Origin: Lama guanicoe
Taxonomy: Eukaryota
NCBI GenBank assembly: GCA_013239625.1
Contig: MU053881.1
Coordinates: forward strand, 4,237,957 to 4,301,956
DNA: 64,000 bases
Direction: 5' to 3'
The notes below the pieces were generated by a model that worked only from the letters and a program-made list of their open reading frames with translations, had not been told where the DNA came from and ran no database searches. Position 1 is the first letter of the stretch. Every line of letters begins with the position of its first letter. Positions 11,645 to 24,100 of the stretch are shown here, in pieces. The position numbers were made by a program, and so were the translations under genes.

Positions 11645-12469
11645 CTGCACAGGGAAGGAGCAAGCAGGGTGTTTGCAATCAGGACAATTCACCTGGCTCA
11701 CCAAAGGTTTTGTCGAGAGCAGCTCATCTGTCGTTACAATCGTCATGCAAGTGAAACTAGCCCTGACTACCAGTTGTCCGCTGTGCTCATCTTAGTAACT
11801 GAGGGCAGGGGCCCTGCGGGGTGTTCCACGTACATTCACTTTGGATCTTCACAACAACCCCGTGAAGCAGGTAGCAGCTTCCTGGGGAAACTCAGGCACA
11901 GAGAGGATGCTCAGTCTGTGCAAGGGCACAGTGTTTAAGTGACTGTTGAGCTTTGTAGCCTGATCTGCCTGCTCTCTACCATGATGCCGCCATATATTTA
12001 CCAGTTAACAAGGTACTGCTTAATATAAATAATCATTTGAACACTAGAAAACTGATCGCTAGACTCCCTGGGGGTCCTTCAAGCGTATTTCCATCAAAAC
12101 CCTTTCACTTTCCCTATAGTCTAGCTATTCGCCCATTTTTCATAAAGAAACTTGAAATAATAAATGTATCCTCCCCATGAAATGTTACAATTTTGAAATG
12201 GCTTTCTTGTTCATTTTATGTTCTTCATCTCATTTATGCTGTTAAACCTCAAATTATCTGAAGTTGGGGGTGACATTTCTTCCGTAAGTACTGCTCTAAA
12301 AATAAGATGCACTGCTGAGAACCCTGTTCCAGTTCAGAGCTCGGTGAATAGCTGCAAAGCACACGAGGACTGGGAAACAAGCAGCAAACACTGTGACCCA
12401 TAACCCGCTCCTGAGAGACTTCTCTCAGATGACGATGCGACCGGTGAGCATCAGCACTCTGCATCCCTT

Positions 12470-12650
12470 ATCTCATTTAACCCTCAAAACGACTCTACAT
12501 AAAGTGCATACTTATAACTCCATTTGACAGATGAGGAAATTGAAAATCAGAGAAATTAATTTGCCCAAGGTTATTCAGCTATTAACTGGGACCAGAGTAC
12601 ATGAATTCAAACCCAGACCTTTGATTCTAGAACTTTCACTCTTAAGCCAT
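12470..12650 (-). mobile_element. MIR SINE
   Basis: Reversed core cattt.acagatgaggaaattga...ttgcccaaggt...gaattcaaacccag. Confidence 0.7.
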
Positions 12651-12759
12651 TAACACAAACGCTTATGGAGAATTAATCCCTAAAAAAATCTTTTAAAAAT
12701 CTTTATATTTCTTATGGTAAAGGATAAACACGGTTTTTTGTTTCTTTGTTTAATCATAC

Positions 12760-12874
12760 CAGCTCGCAATGGTCGAGGAACACCACCAACAAATATAGTT
12801 TTTCGTGGATCAAGAGGCTGTGAACCATCCATCACAAAGTCACTGTCACTGAGATTCCAAGGCCGAATCTGTAC
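12760..12874 (-). CDS. CPEB4: CPEB4 exon 8 (115 nt): VQIRPWNLSDSDFVMDGSQPLDPRKTIFVGGVPRPLRA; linker and start of RRM2
   Basis: Acceptor tccccag|GTACAG, donor GCTG|gtatga. Confidence 0.96.
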
Positions 12875-14267
12875 CTGGGGAGTGTGCAAACCAAAATGTC
12901 TCATTCTGAATACAATTAATGGGGGAAAGATGTTTAAAACTATTGCAGAGTATTTCACTTTCAAAAGTAATAATCCATATCAGTACAAATGAATAAAACT
13001 GTAAAACTAGAAAGGACTTAAAAAGTAGCATATCCCAACCCTTTATTTCATTTTTAAGAGTAAACTAAACCAAGGTGGAAAGTTCAGCTTAACTGCTTAT
13101 TTATTATAAGCCAAATTACTTAACACGTTCATAATTATCTGTAAGTTAATTAGCTATTTTTCAGCTTATTGGGGCCTCCAGTCTACCCAACCCCCCAGTA
13201 CCCATGTAATTTAATTTTGGCATGATCTTTGACGTTAATTAGCATAAAGTACTAAATACACGAGGATCGTGTGGCCAATTCTATGTGCAGGAAAGACAAA
13301 AAACTCCCAATGCTAACAAATCTGTTTGTTCACTGTTTCAAAAAGCATTTCAAAATAAAAATATTGATGCTACTTGCAGTAAAACTTTTTATGATAAAAC
13401 ACTTCAGTGTGTGTGTCCATTACATCAGCCAAAAATCAAGTACCTCAATTGAACTGTTCACATTTATTAATTGTTACTAATGTCACACCAAAGGCTGAGG
13501 GATTGATAATGGGGTATTCCCAACATGCATGCCAACCAAGTCCCAAAGCCAGAAGGTCCCAAATTTAAATATCTACGGGGACTGGCAGGGAACAAACAAG
13601 TCAAGTAGAAAGAGTCTAGGCCACACAGGAACCCCGGGACAACCCCAAGACACCAAGAGATACTCCACAAATGCCTGCTTGAGCTGAGCCCACTGGCGCC
13701 TCCGTTATGCACTCCACCTCATCACCAGGCTCTGGCTGAGTGATAACAGATTACTGGTTTGCCAGATCTGTCAAAACAGACTAGTTGCTACTATTCCTAA
13801 AGATTAAAGAAAAACTTTTTCAAAGAGAAACAACACATAATGTACATCTATGTACAGACATAATTCATTTTACTTGGTGAGAGTCCCATATGCAAAACGT
13901 TAAGGAGAATATTGGATAAAACCTTCATCAAAGAGAGGAAAAAGACAGACAGATACATTTGTGGTTTGAGTTCCATTACTCAGAAAAAATTCAGCTACTT
14001 TATATTTATCAAATGTATTCCCAGGGGGAAGTCTTTTAACAGAATGATTTACCAATATTTTAAGTAACAAAAATTTCGATGTGAAAATCATGTCCGCAAA
14101 TATACAAGACGTCAATGTCAGGAACTTGACGACAACAAAACTTGTCCATTTCGATTCTAATTACAAACATGTCAATTAACGGACACATTAAGACGTCTGT
14201 GGGCTTTTCGGAGCTAATGAACAGAGGCCAAACAGCAGAAGCTATTTTCAAGCTAGACTGCACTTAC

Positions 14268-14386
14268 TGGCTTGTCTTTGATAGTGGGACTGGATACACA
14301 CAGGTAGAGTTTTCCATCTTCTTCAATGCACGCATCGATGAGAGCCTGCACAGAGCTTTCGTCTTGAAACAGCAGGAACGCATAGC
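14268..14386 (-). CDS. CPEB4: CPEB4 exon 7 (119 nt): (G)YAFLLFQDESSVQALIDACIEEDGKLYLCVSSPTIKDKP; RRM1
   Basis: Acceptor ttattag|GCTATG, donor GCCA|gtaagt; RNP1-like KGYAFLLF forms across the exon 6-7 junction. Confidence 0.96.
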
Positions 14387-14773
14387 CTAATAAGAAAGGG
14401 GAAATTGGCTTATATATTTTCTTTCTTTCTTCTTCTCCTTTTCTTCTTTTTTTTTTTTTTATGGTAATTCCTCAAGGGAAAGGAAGCATAAAACTAAGGA
14501 AGGGAAAAAGAGTGGGAAGAAAAACCCCCAAAAAACTAAAACTGAATCCCACCCAAAGGCTGATAATTCAATATTCAGTTCAGTTTGGTATGATCTTGAA
14601 ACCTCTTTTAGAACAAAATTAAATCTGAATTGAGAGTATATAGTAAGCAGAAACTTTAAAGAGACATTTAGGAAAACGTAAGTTTAACAATGAAAAATTA
14701 TACAGTGAGAGTAAACACTTATGAAAAGAATATAGGGATAAACTGTACACGGATGTTGAACCTTGAGAATTAC

Positions 14774-14863
14774 CTTTAGGAGGAAAATAGGATTTGCTCT
14801 CTGCTTTATGAGGCCAGTCCACGATCAAAGGGCCAAAGCGACGGAAACTAGCTGTGATCTCAT
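14774..14863 (-). CDS. CPEB4: CPEB4 exon 6 (90 nt): (D)EITASFRRFGPLIVDWPHKAESKSYFPPK; RRM1
   Basis: Acceptor cgttag|ATGAGA, donor AAAG|gtaatt; lies within ORF 14619..14933. Confidence 0.96.
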
Positions 14864-15694
14864 CTAACGAACAACAAACCAAAAAGGTAGACTTCAGTAT
14901 TTTTATCATCACTTTTAGAAAATAGTTTAGCAAAAACAGTTAACATTTTGCACATTTGCCTTCCCCCTCTTTCCCTTCCTCCTCCTATCTGTGTGAATGC
15001 ACTAATCTATCTATCCATCCATCCATCCATCCATCGCATCTATCACCTTCTTCTGACATGACTCTCTCGCCGAAACACAACTGCTGGTACCTACTCAAAG
15101 CAAGGTCACTCCTTTCAATCAGGAAATCAACATTCATACAACACTCTTACCCAATTCACACACTCCATCCAATTTTTAAACTATCTCAGTTGATACCTCT
15201 TTTCTTTCTGATCCAGAATCCTATCCAGAACCATGCCACGTTTAGATGTCATGTCCCTAGGGCATCGGTCTTTTTCAGGCAGTGTGCCATGGCTCCTCAC
15301 TCTTCCTGTCTTTTACGTACCTGACAGCCTTCAAACATATAGGCCATCCGCTCTGCAGGATGACTCTCAACCTGGGTCTGCACTGCTTGCTCACGCCCAG
15401 ACGCGGGCTATGCATTCTGAACAGGACCACCACCGCAGTGATGCGAGGTCGCCCTGTCCCTTCACTGGGTGTGTTAACCTTGACCCGCTCGTCAGGTTGC
15501 TATCTGCCTGCTGTCTCCACCAATGAGAAACCATCTTCCCCTTTGAATTTGATTAATATGCTGTGGGGGAACACGGTGTCACCCATCAATATTCTGTTCC
15601 CTCGTTAGGCTTGGCGTCCACTGAAGACTCCTGCCTAGATCAGCTACCACGACGATAAATGCCCAATGCTGATTACCTATTTCCAATCTTTCTA

Positions 15695-16290
15695 CATTTA
15701 CTAGTTACTACTATGCAGTAAGGAAGAGTCTTCCCTTCTCCCCCATTTATTTACTCATATATTTATGTATATCAGTATGGACCTATTTTATTTAATGGGT
15801 TATAATCTGATTCGCTCCTTATCTATTCTGATGCTCAGTTTGTTCCCAAAATTGTCCCTGACTTGGCCAGTGGGAGTTCCTATGTCCTCTGTCCTATCCC
15901 CATCCTTCTGTAAGTGCTTCCACACTTTCTGACCCAAGGCTTTCGTCTTGTTGTTTCTCTACCCAGAATCAGCTTTTCTTTTTTTTTAATTCTTAAGTCC
16001 TGGTTCCTTTCAGTAACAAAAGATAGTTAGAAACTAAGATCTGGGTATTCCATACACCCATTGCTAGTGGGCATTTATTATTTCTAAGTCTTCTCAGAGG
16101 ACAAAGCTAGGAAATATATGAGTATACACACGGACACATTTATAACTATTTCTGTATCTGTATGTGTGTTTATAAAAATGAGTTCATACTGACACTTGCA
16201 AGTCTACTCCAACGTCTCCCGGTTTTTCCTAGCCTTCCCCCTGTCCATGTTTGTAAATTCCCTCCTCGCAGTGAGAATCCAAGCTCCCAA
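15695..16290. mobile_element. Old LINE-1 (L1M-type) 3' fragment
   Basis: Resembles remembered L1MC/L1ME 3' motifs (ttggccagtgggag, tagaaactaagatctgggt, atgagttcatactgacac). Boundaries are approximate. Confidence 0.5.
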
Positions 16291-19101
16291 CATCCTCAGT
16301 ACATTTGCCCCCTTGATCGATGGGACCAACCTTTCAGCTAGGAGACCCTGGCAGTCTCCTCCACCTTCCTCCTCTGCACCCCAGCCCTTGTTCCCTCGTT
16401 GCCCTGATTTATCAGACACCATGCACACTTCTGCCGAGGCTGCTGCCCAGGCCCCCTCCACATACACACCCACACACACCCTCCACTTGGCACCCTTTCC
16501 CCCCTCACCAGTCCTCTTCCTTGGACACCAATATCTCTCAGCCTTATGAGGAAGGAAAAGGAAGGGCATGTGGGACGGGCAGGGAAGACTTGATCACATT
16601 TTACTATGAATTTAAACAATACCAGCCATGCTGTATTACACAGGTGGTAACTGATGAGTAGACTCTAGGAAAATAAATTTCCACGGTATTTCTGGAAAGA
16701 GTAAGCAAGCATGTGTGGATACGACCTGGGAGTAGGGAGGACAGAGGAACAGAACGAGAGATGAGAAATACATTCTGTACCATTTAGCCCATGTGAGATT
16801 AGTAAACAGGGGAATGATGTCAGGGTGACCTGGACATTATACTTGTTCACAAATGATCTCTCCTAAGCAAGGCGGGCGAGCATGGAGGGAGAACTACAAC
16901 CTTCAGCAGGAAAGGGAAAAGCCCCCAGTTTGTGTGATGTGCAGAAGCCCCCTCAGCTCTATCATAAGGAAATTAAAAATGAGCACAGCAACCAAGGCTC
17001 TCCTGCCAGAGAGGTGCGCGCCCAGCCTCACAGGGCTCCTGTCTCCTGGGACATGGCACTTCCTCAGCTGCTCAGAGGTCCAATTTTGTCTACGCTGCCC
17101 CCGAGCCAGCAAAGCCAGGATTTCTGCTCTGTTGGTTTTGTGTACTTTCAGTATTCCTTGAGGCAGCCTCTAACCATGCTGAGCCACTTGTCTGAATCGT
17201 CCAGGTTATTTCCAAGGTACTAATTCTCTTTTTGTTACTGCTTCTGATACAAAATTCATTAGGTTTTACGTGCTCTGCCTCTAACCCCATTTCCCCCATG
17301 AACTGTGTAATTCTCAGTGCACAATTCTGCAGAACACAATACTCTTCAGGAAGACATGTTTCACACTTTAGTAGAGAGGCCTGCCCACCTACATTGCTAC
17401 TGTTATCAACACACTTGGTTTCGAGCACATAGCAAGATGACTAACACAATTTCCATTAATTTTGCTCAGCTTAAACCACGTCATCTGCCAAACTGGCAAA
17501 TTCACTGGTGCCTCTAGGAATTTTAGGAACGATATATTTAAGATTGCTCAGTAATTTTCTGAAAAAAATTTAAACTATCTAGGCCAGAGAAAGAATTTAT
17601 TCCAAGCAAGGTCAGATAAGATTCAGCTTTCGTTTTTTTGTATATAAGCATGTTAATTTACTCATCAAAGTCCAAGCAGGGCTCAGGAGTGTTAAGGATC
17701 TGACCTCAAAGGGTCAAAAAATTGACCCTGGTCTGTTATTACCCTAGAATCCACTACAGTAAGAAAAGTGAGGATTCCAGCTAGAGAAAAGAGAAGGCCA
17801 CACCCAGGAGCAGTATTACTGGAGTAGACAACACTGTGGCCAGACGTTCAGCCCAGGATGAACACTCTGAACAGAAACTACACTTCCTGAGAAAAGGATG
17901 GAGACTGATTCAGTTTGGCCTGATATTTCAGCATAGCTTCCTCCAGGACATTTTATCACAGACCAAAACAAACAAGAAAAAAACAACCCCGAAATCTGAG
18001 TTTATTTTTCAATCCTTGGCTGTTTGCAACCATTTTTGTCTCAACTTTCCAAAAGATCGATCACCTTAAGGAAAACATGGTGGCTCAGTATGTTTAATCC
18101 CAATCTAAATGGGAGATTATTAAACCTTATTATTAGACACTAAAGATTTTTAGAGAAAACTCTTCAATCCTCCATCAGCATTTCTTTCCCTTTCCATTCA
18201 GGAACCAAGACAAAAGAGATCAGGGGGTAAAAAGCAACCACAGATACATGATTGCTATAAGGTCTGCTCCTCTGATTTTCACTGGGGTCACTTAGGCCCA
18301 CAGGTGACAGCTAGTCCTTTATGTCCTTTTGCTTGCTCCTTACTCAGGTCTCAGCTCAAGAATCACTTCCTCAAAGAGGATTTTCTTAACCACCTCACCT
18401 CACACGTCTTCCCGCATCGCTGTATCACATCGACCTGTTTTCTTTTCAGAACTTGCTCTCTAATATTTTCTTGCATATTTACACACTTTTTTATCTGCCT
18501 TCCCCCACTAGAATGTCAAATCTATCCAAGAAGGGGCTTTCTATCTTGTTTACCATTGTAAACAAGCCTCAGAACAGCACATGGCATTTAGAAAGCATGT
18601 AAAATATTGGACAAGTGAAAAAATACTCACAAAATGATGTAACTCAAGATTCCCTACAACTCTAGGTTATGTTTTTCAAAAATTCATGCTTAATCTAAGA
18701 TTTTACACTTTTAAACAATTAACTGTACATTTAAAAGAGCACTCATAAAAAGAGATAAGAAAATGCGTAACTGAATTTGGCCAAGGCAGGACACACAGAA
18801 AGGCAGTTAGCGTCTGTGTTTGCCCACAACAGAATCCTTGAGAAGTTTTCCCAGTGATGTGCACTCTTTTTCATTTAGTCCAATCACTTGCTTCAGCTGG
18901 TTCCCAAAGTTCTGTTCCCCTTCTTTGTGTGAACTCATCTTCCACACTATGATCGGAAAATCTGACCAGAGAACAATGCAATCAAAACGAAACGCCTGGA
19001 GCCAGATAAGATGGCCATTATACTAACAGCAACCATTACTATGCGTTACCTACTCTGTGCCAGGCTGGGCACGTGCTACACACAGCTCTTTGTAAATATA
19101 C

Positions 19102-19275
19102 CTTCATCGATGTCAGGAGGTAATCCGCCCACAAACACCTTGCGAGAGTATCGTTCCACTCTTTCTCCATTCTGGTGAGTGAAGCAGTGAGGTGAACCCA
19201 GGCCACTATGAAGAGGTTGATCCCCACGGCCATCATCCAAGAATCCATCTTCCATTGGAAACAGTGAGGACTGAC
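19102..19275 (-). CDS. CPEB4: CPEB4 exon 5 (174 nt): (G)QSSLFPMEDGFLDDGRGDQPLHSGLGSPHCFTHQNGERVERYSRKVFVGGLPPDIDE; start of RRM1
   Basis: Acceptor gttccag|GTCAGT, donor GAAG|gtatat; RNP2-like VFVGGL. Confidence 0.96.
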
Positions 19276-19736
19276 CTGGAACAGAAAGCAGGAAAAAAAA
19301 ATGCTAACAGAAAATGCTCCTTGCCACTGATCATCTTACACGAGAAACAAGGAAAGCAGGAGACTCAATAAAGCTTTTCTTTTTCTCACTGAACAACAAA
19401 TCACTTAGATATGCTCTTGAATTTCCATCACCTTAAAGTCCCAACTGAGTCAGAGAGAAAGGAAATGGTTAAACAGAGGCTGTTCAACTCTCCCCACTGG
19501 GCTCCAGACACTTCAGCGAGGTGGAATGGCAGTACAGTAGGAGAGAGCACTCTTTTGAAGGCAGCTGGCAGCAAACTGCACTGCCTTGGCAGGGTCCCAT
19601 GGCCACAGGCAACCTGGACATGTACACTAAGTATTAAATTTGACTACCAGATGCTAGATGACTTAAATTTCTTTAAAACATCACATAATATAGCCTGCAC
19701 AATTTCCTCTAAGAATGTCCTTAAAATAAACGTCGA

Positions 19737-19871
19737 TTTTTTTTTGAGGGGGAGGTAATAATGTTTATTTCTTTATTTGCTTAATTTTTTTTAATGGAGG
19801 TACTGGGGATTGAACCCAGGACCTCATGCATGCTAAGCATGCGCTCTACCATTGAGCTATACCCTGCCCCC
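19737..19871 (-). mobile_element. tRNA-Ala-derived SINE (Vic-1-like, camelid)
   Basis: Reverse complement GGGTATAGCTCAATGGTAGAGCGCATGCTTAGCATGCATGAGGTCCTGGGTTCAATCCCCAGTACCTCCA plus an A-rich tail; A and B boxes present; degenerate flanking repeat taaac..gtc.atttt. Confidence 0.85.
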
Positions 19872-21147
19872 TAAACAAGTCAATTTTTAAAGTGAATACT
19901 CATGTTAATTTACCTAACTGATGGGATATTATCAAAACCCACTTAATGCTGTTACCCAACTTTACTGTCCAGTCTTACAAAATTTAAGAGCTTTAGGCAT
20001 GCAAAAGCTATTTTTTTTAAGTTGAGCAATTATCAGCTGCTACAGGTGGTATCTAATTCTAAAAACTAGTCATCACATTTGCTGTTAGAAAAATCCCATC
20101 ATACAGAATATAAAAGCAGAAAAGACCAGAGATGCCAGTGTGGTTAATATCTTTCCCGTACTTACCTGCCAGCAAAATACAAACTTATAAATCATAAGCA
20201 AAACAAAGAACTACAAATAACTGTAGACTCTCTCTCAGGCACTGTTTGGTCACTTTCCCAGCTGCAGATTTACTTTAGGTACTACATAAGGAATTTGTTA
20301 ATGGATCCGGCAGAAATGTATCTTAAGTTTTCTTCCTTTATTGAAACATTCCAATGTCTTTCTGTCACCACACTTGTCTTCCTTTCAACTTTCATTATTA
20401 AACACAAACAACCACCGCTTATTTGTTACGAATTTACCCTTTAAAACCACAGTTCAAAAAAGTTACATAATGAAGATAAAAAAATGACTATAAAATTGGA
20501 GGTTATTTCTGGATCCTCAAAAACTCACTTATTTTTAAAGCTAAACTATTTAACTGTCTAACTCTCTTGTAAAAAGGAAAAACTAGTAAAGGAGGCAAAA
20601 ATAAAGTTTACTCAGGCACCTCTAGGAAATGAATCTTTTAAAAATCCTCTAAAATTTCTAGAGCTTTCCCCTCCCCCAATGTTCGAAGTTTATAGGGTTA
20701 GTCATTAATTTAGCTAATCTCATTTTAAACCAAATGTATTATGCTGAGTTCATTAAAAAAAAAAAAAGCAGACATAAGGTATTCAAGTATAATTGAACCT
20801 CCAATATAACCAGGTATTTTGAGTCTAGTCAGACTGTATTTTCCTTTTTAAAGATTCTTAATTTTATTCTCCTAAGAAAGTCTTTCCAGAAAGAAAAAAA
20901 AGGAAACAAAACTTCAGATATAAGTAAGTTGAGTTTAAAACATAGGGCAATTATTTAGATTCAAATCCAAATCCTCCCATTCTGACTCTTTCAAAATTAG
21001 AATGTCTACAACATTAACTGTAACACATAAAGTATGTCTGGATCAAAGCTATGTTTCATCCCCCCGCCCCCAGGGTTAGAAACTGAGCAAATTTGGGTCC
21101 TCTCCAAATACAACTACACATTCAAAAGTTAGAAACAATAATGTTAC

Positions 21148-21171
21148 CTCTCCTTCGCCCATATGTCCTTG
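21148..21171 (-). CDS. CPEB4: CPEB4 microexon 4 (24 nt, neuronal): (A)RTYGRRR(G)
   Basis: Minus strand reads U13 tract...ctcatttgacatgcag|CAAGGACATATGGGCGAAGGAGAG|gtaaca; exactly 24 nt, phase 1-1. Confidence 0.96.
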
Positions 21172-24100
21172 CTGCATGTCAAATGAGAAAAAAAAAAAAA
21201 CAACCTTTCAAACATTGTCAGAAGAATTAACCATGATTTTATCTACCAGCTTTAGAAACTGAAAAAACAAAAACTGACTAAATTCCTCATTTCTTGGTAA
21301 ATATCTCAAAAAATAAGGAATTTGAATGTGAGAGGTCAATTTAATGCTTTTTTTTTTTAAGTTCCTCAAGGACACTGTAAAAGCGTATTGACCCTTTCTT
21401 GTTTTCAAGGAAGCTTTCTGCTATCACTGTCACCCGAAGTCCAAACTCACGTGAAACTAAGGCAGTGTGTAACATGGTCTAAACCAGCTCCTACCATATT
21501 GATCTGAATTTCTCCCACAAGTCCCTGCTAACTAGCCATTCAGTAGATATTTCAATATTTAATTCAGGACTTTTTCCACCATTACAGGATAAACAGCAAG
21601 TTTATACCATTTCTCAATTATTCCCTAATGAAAATCGTAACAAATGAAACCTTTGAAACTTCTGAACCTCCTTTTAGCCAACGTTTCTTGTCCCTTATCA
21701 AACCTTCTACCATGTTCCAAATGTTGAAAAGTAAAAAGTGTGGCACTTTATTACCAAGGCTACCAAGAAGACAAGAAAAACCATGATACATACAACATTT
21801 ACATGAATACTCAGAAAACAGCAGTATAAACTTCAAATCAGGAAAGCTGAGAAAATGTCTTCCCTCAAACAAACTGACACTTAAAAGTGCAGTTTGTCCA
21901 AATACCCTAATTCTATTCAACAAACATTTCTTGAACTGCCTGATCTTGCCAAGCACTATGGATAAACAGCACGTGGCCCTGACTCCAAGGAACTTAAAGA
22001 CCAGACAGCCACATAAGCAAATAATGATAATGTCTCTATTACAGCAATTGGCACGTTAAATGTTAGGTGCAACAGGAGCGGAGGAAGAGGAGAAACTGGT
22101 TCTGATTAAAGAGTCAGAGACTGGAGGGTGTGGCTTTGAGAGGGACCTTAAAGGAAAAACAGGGAAAGGGCACTGCAGACCCGGCAATGTCACAATTGGA
22201 GACGCTGGAAAGCTCACGGAGAGGTGCCCAGAACAGAAGCATATGGAACAAGTCAGGTCCTAGCTGGAGAGGAAGTTTAAACAGGAAGCTGGGATAGGTT
22301 TTTGAGTTAGAAATTGCAGCACCTTTTAAGAGATCATTACACAAACTGGTCAGGGTTTTAATCCTTCGCCCTTTGGATAAATGCTAAGTTAAGTATAACT
22401 CAGTTGTAACTGAGTTATAACTTACAAGTACCATGTGCACATTTTTCAAAATGAAATTATGTCTCACACTAAAATACAATTTTATCATTACTAGATAACA
22501 CCGCACGTCACCGAAGTACTTGGGTAAACGGATTAAAACCACATAAAATCTCCCTCAAGCGGTAAGGTTTTCACTTTAATAGTTCTTAAATTAGGGCGAG
22601 GGGAGGTATTTCCTCACTTAGTGAACCTGACAGAGGTTAGAAAGACAGATATCACAAGAGTAGCTGCTTGTTTAAGAACATTCTATTCATACAACTGCTT
22701 CAAAGACAAGGGAGTTTGGGGAAATGAATGATTTGAAAATCTTGTCAATCTTAAAAAGCTGATTGATGCTACTTGGATTTCTAAGAAAACAGATATTTGA
22801 AAAGGGTAGGCTTTTAAAGGTACAAAATTAAGGGGGAAACTTTCATAGCTTCCATTAGTTCAAAAATAGTTTCAGGAACAGTAAAAAAAAAAAAAAGGTA
22901 TAGATCAAAAGCAAAAATCAAATACTTTCTCAGAGTCTTCAAATGTATACTTTCAAACTTTGATCCCGTACCACAAAATCAAGCTGGTTAATATAACTCA
23001 TGGTTAAATTCTGAGATTAAATTCTAAAATCTATTTAGAAACATTTTCCCATATTTAGGGAAAATAGGCTATAGGTGTACAATGCTTATAACTACAAACC
23101 TGCCCAAATTAGTACTGGGGAAAATAAAATGACAATGACATTCTGGAGCATAGAAAATGAGATTATTTAAATTTTTGATTTCCACTTATTATAATGCTAT
23201 TAATGCTGTATACTATTTTTATGTAGATTTTGACATGTGACATACACAGGAAATAACACAAATCATAAGTACACAGTTCAATGAATTTTCTATGACATGA
23301 ACACACCTATGTAACCAAAACCCAGATATTAACAGAATGATATGTGGTGCCACTTCATCTATATATGAGAGAGGTTCTAAGCACCTTTTTCTTATCTATT
23401 TCAAATTATACTTGGCTCAAAAATATTAGGATGAAATACTTGTGACACAGATCTTCACCACTTTCCTGAGGAACATGTCAGACAGACTTCCAGTCTCAGA
23501 TACTGTGAAAAAAGAAATCCTCTAGCTCCCATCAGAGTTAAACTGAATACTATTTCTATGTTTAGCTTTTATATTTATTTCTTAGTTTTGATTTATAAAG
23601 TCCTCAATAATTTAATGTTCAGTACTCAAATGGTTCAAGAACGTTCTAAATGGGTTGGAACCATTATGGCTATAAATTTTTATAACTTCTAGATGCATGC
23701 TGTTATTAGATCTATTGATAAATACTTTATTTCCAAAGGGTCTTTACCAGATTGCTTTCAAATGCCCTATATTCATCATTAAATTTCCTCTAGTAAAACA
23801 TTCCACTAGTCTGAGATGCTCGACTTGCAAGAAGGTACAGAAAGACTTACCAGATCTTTTTCAAAATACATTTATATATATACATATATGGAAATATTGT
23901 TTATCTCTTAAAATGTATCTTTTTTCTCATTTGTTGTAAAATTTGTTACAGTCACAAAAGAAAGTATCCATAATAGTGGTATATTCATAAGGAAAAATGC
24001 AGCCATTTAAAAAATATAGCACATATTCCTGTGCACCAATGAGGCTCTCTAACTATGTATTGTATGGTTCTTACTGTGTGAATTCTAAAATAAAGAAAAT

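Noticed and set aside
8798..14390. Plus-strand ORFs overlapping CPEB4 exons (8798..9043, 11481..11795, 11540..11938, 12714..12992, 14142..14390)
   Set aside because: These are antisense shadows of real exons with no recognisable protein features.
19794..19871. Functional tRNA-Ala genes here and at ~30365-30440 and ~49220-49290
   Set aside because: The copies are diverged and have A-rich tails and flanking direct repeats, so they are SINEs rather than tRNA genes.
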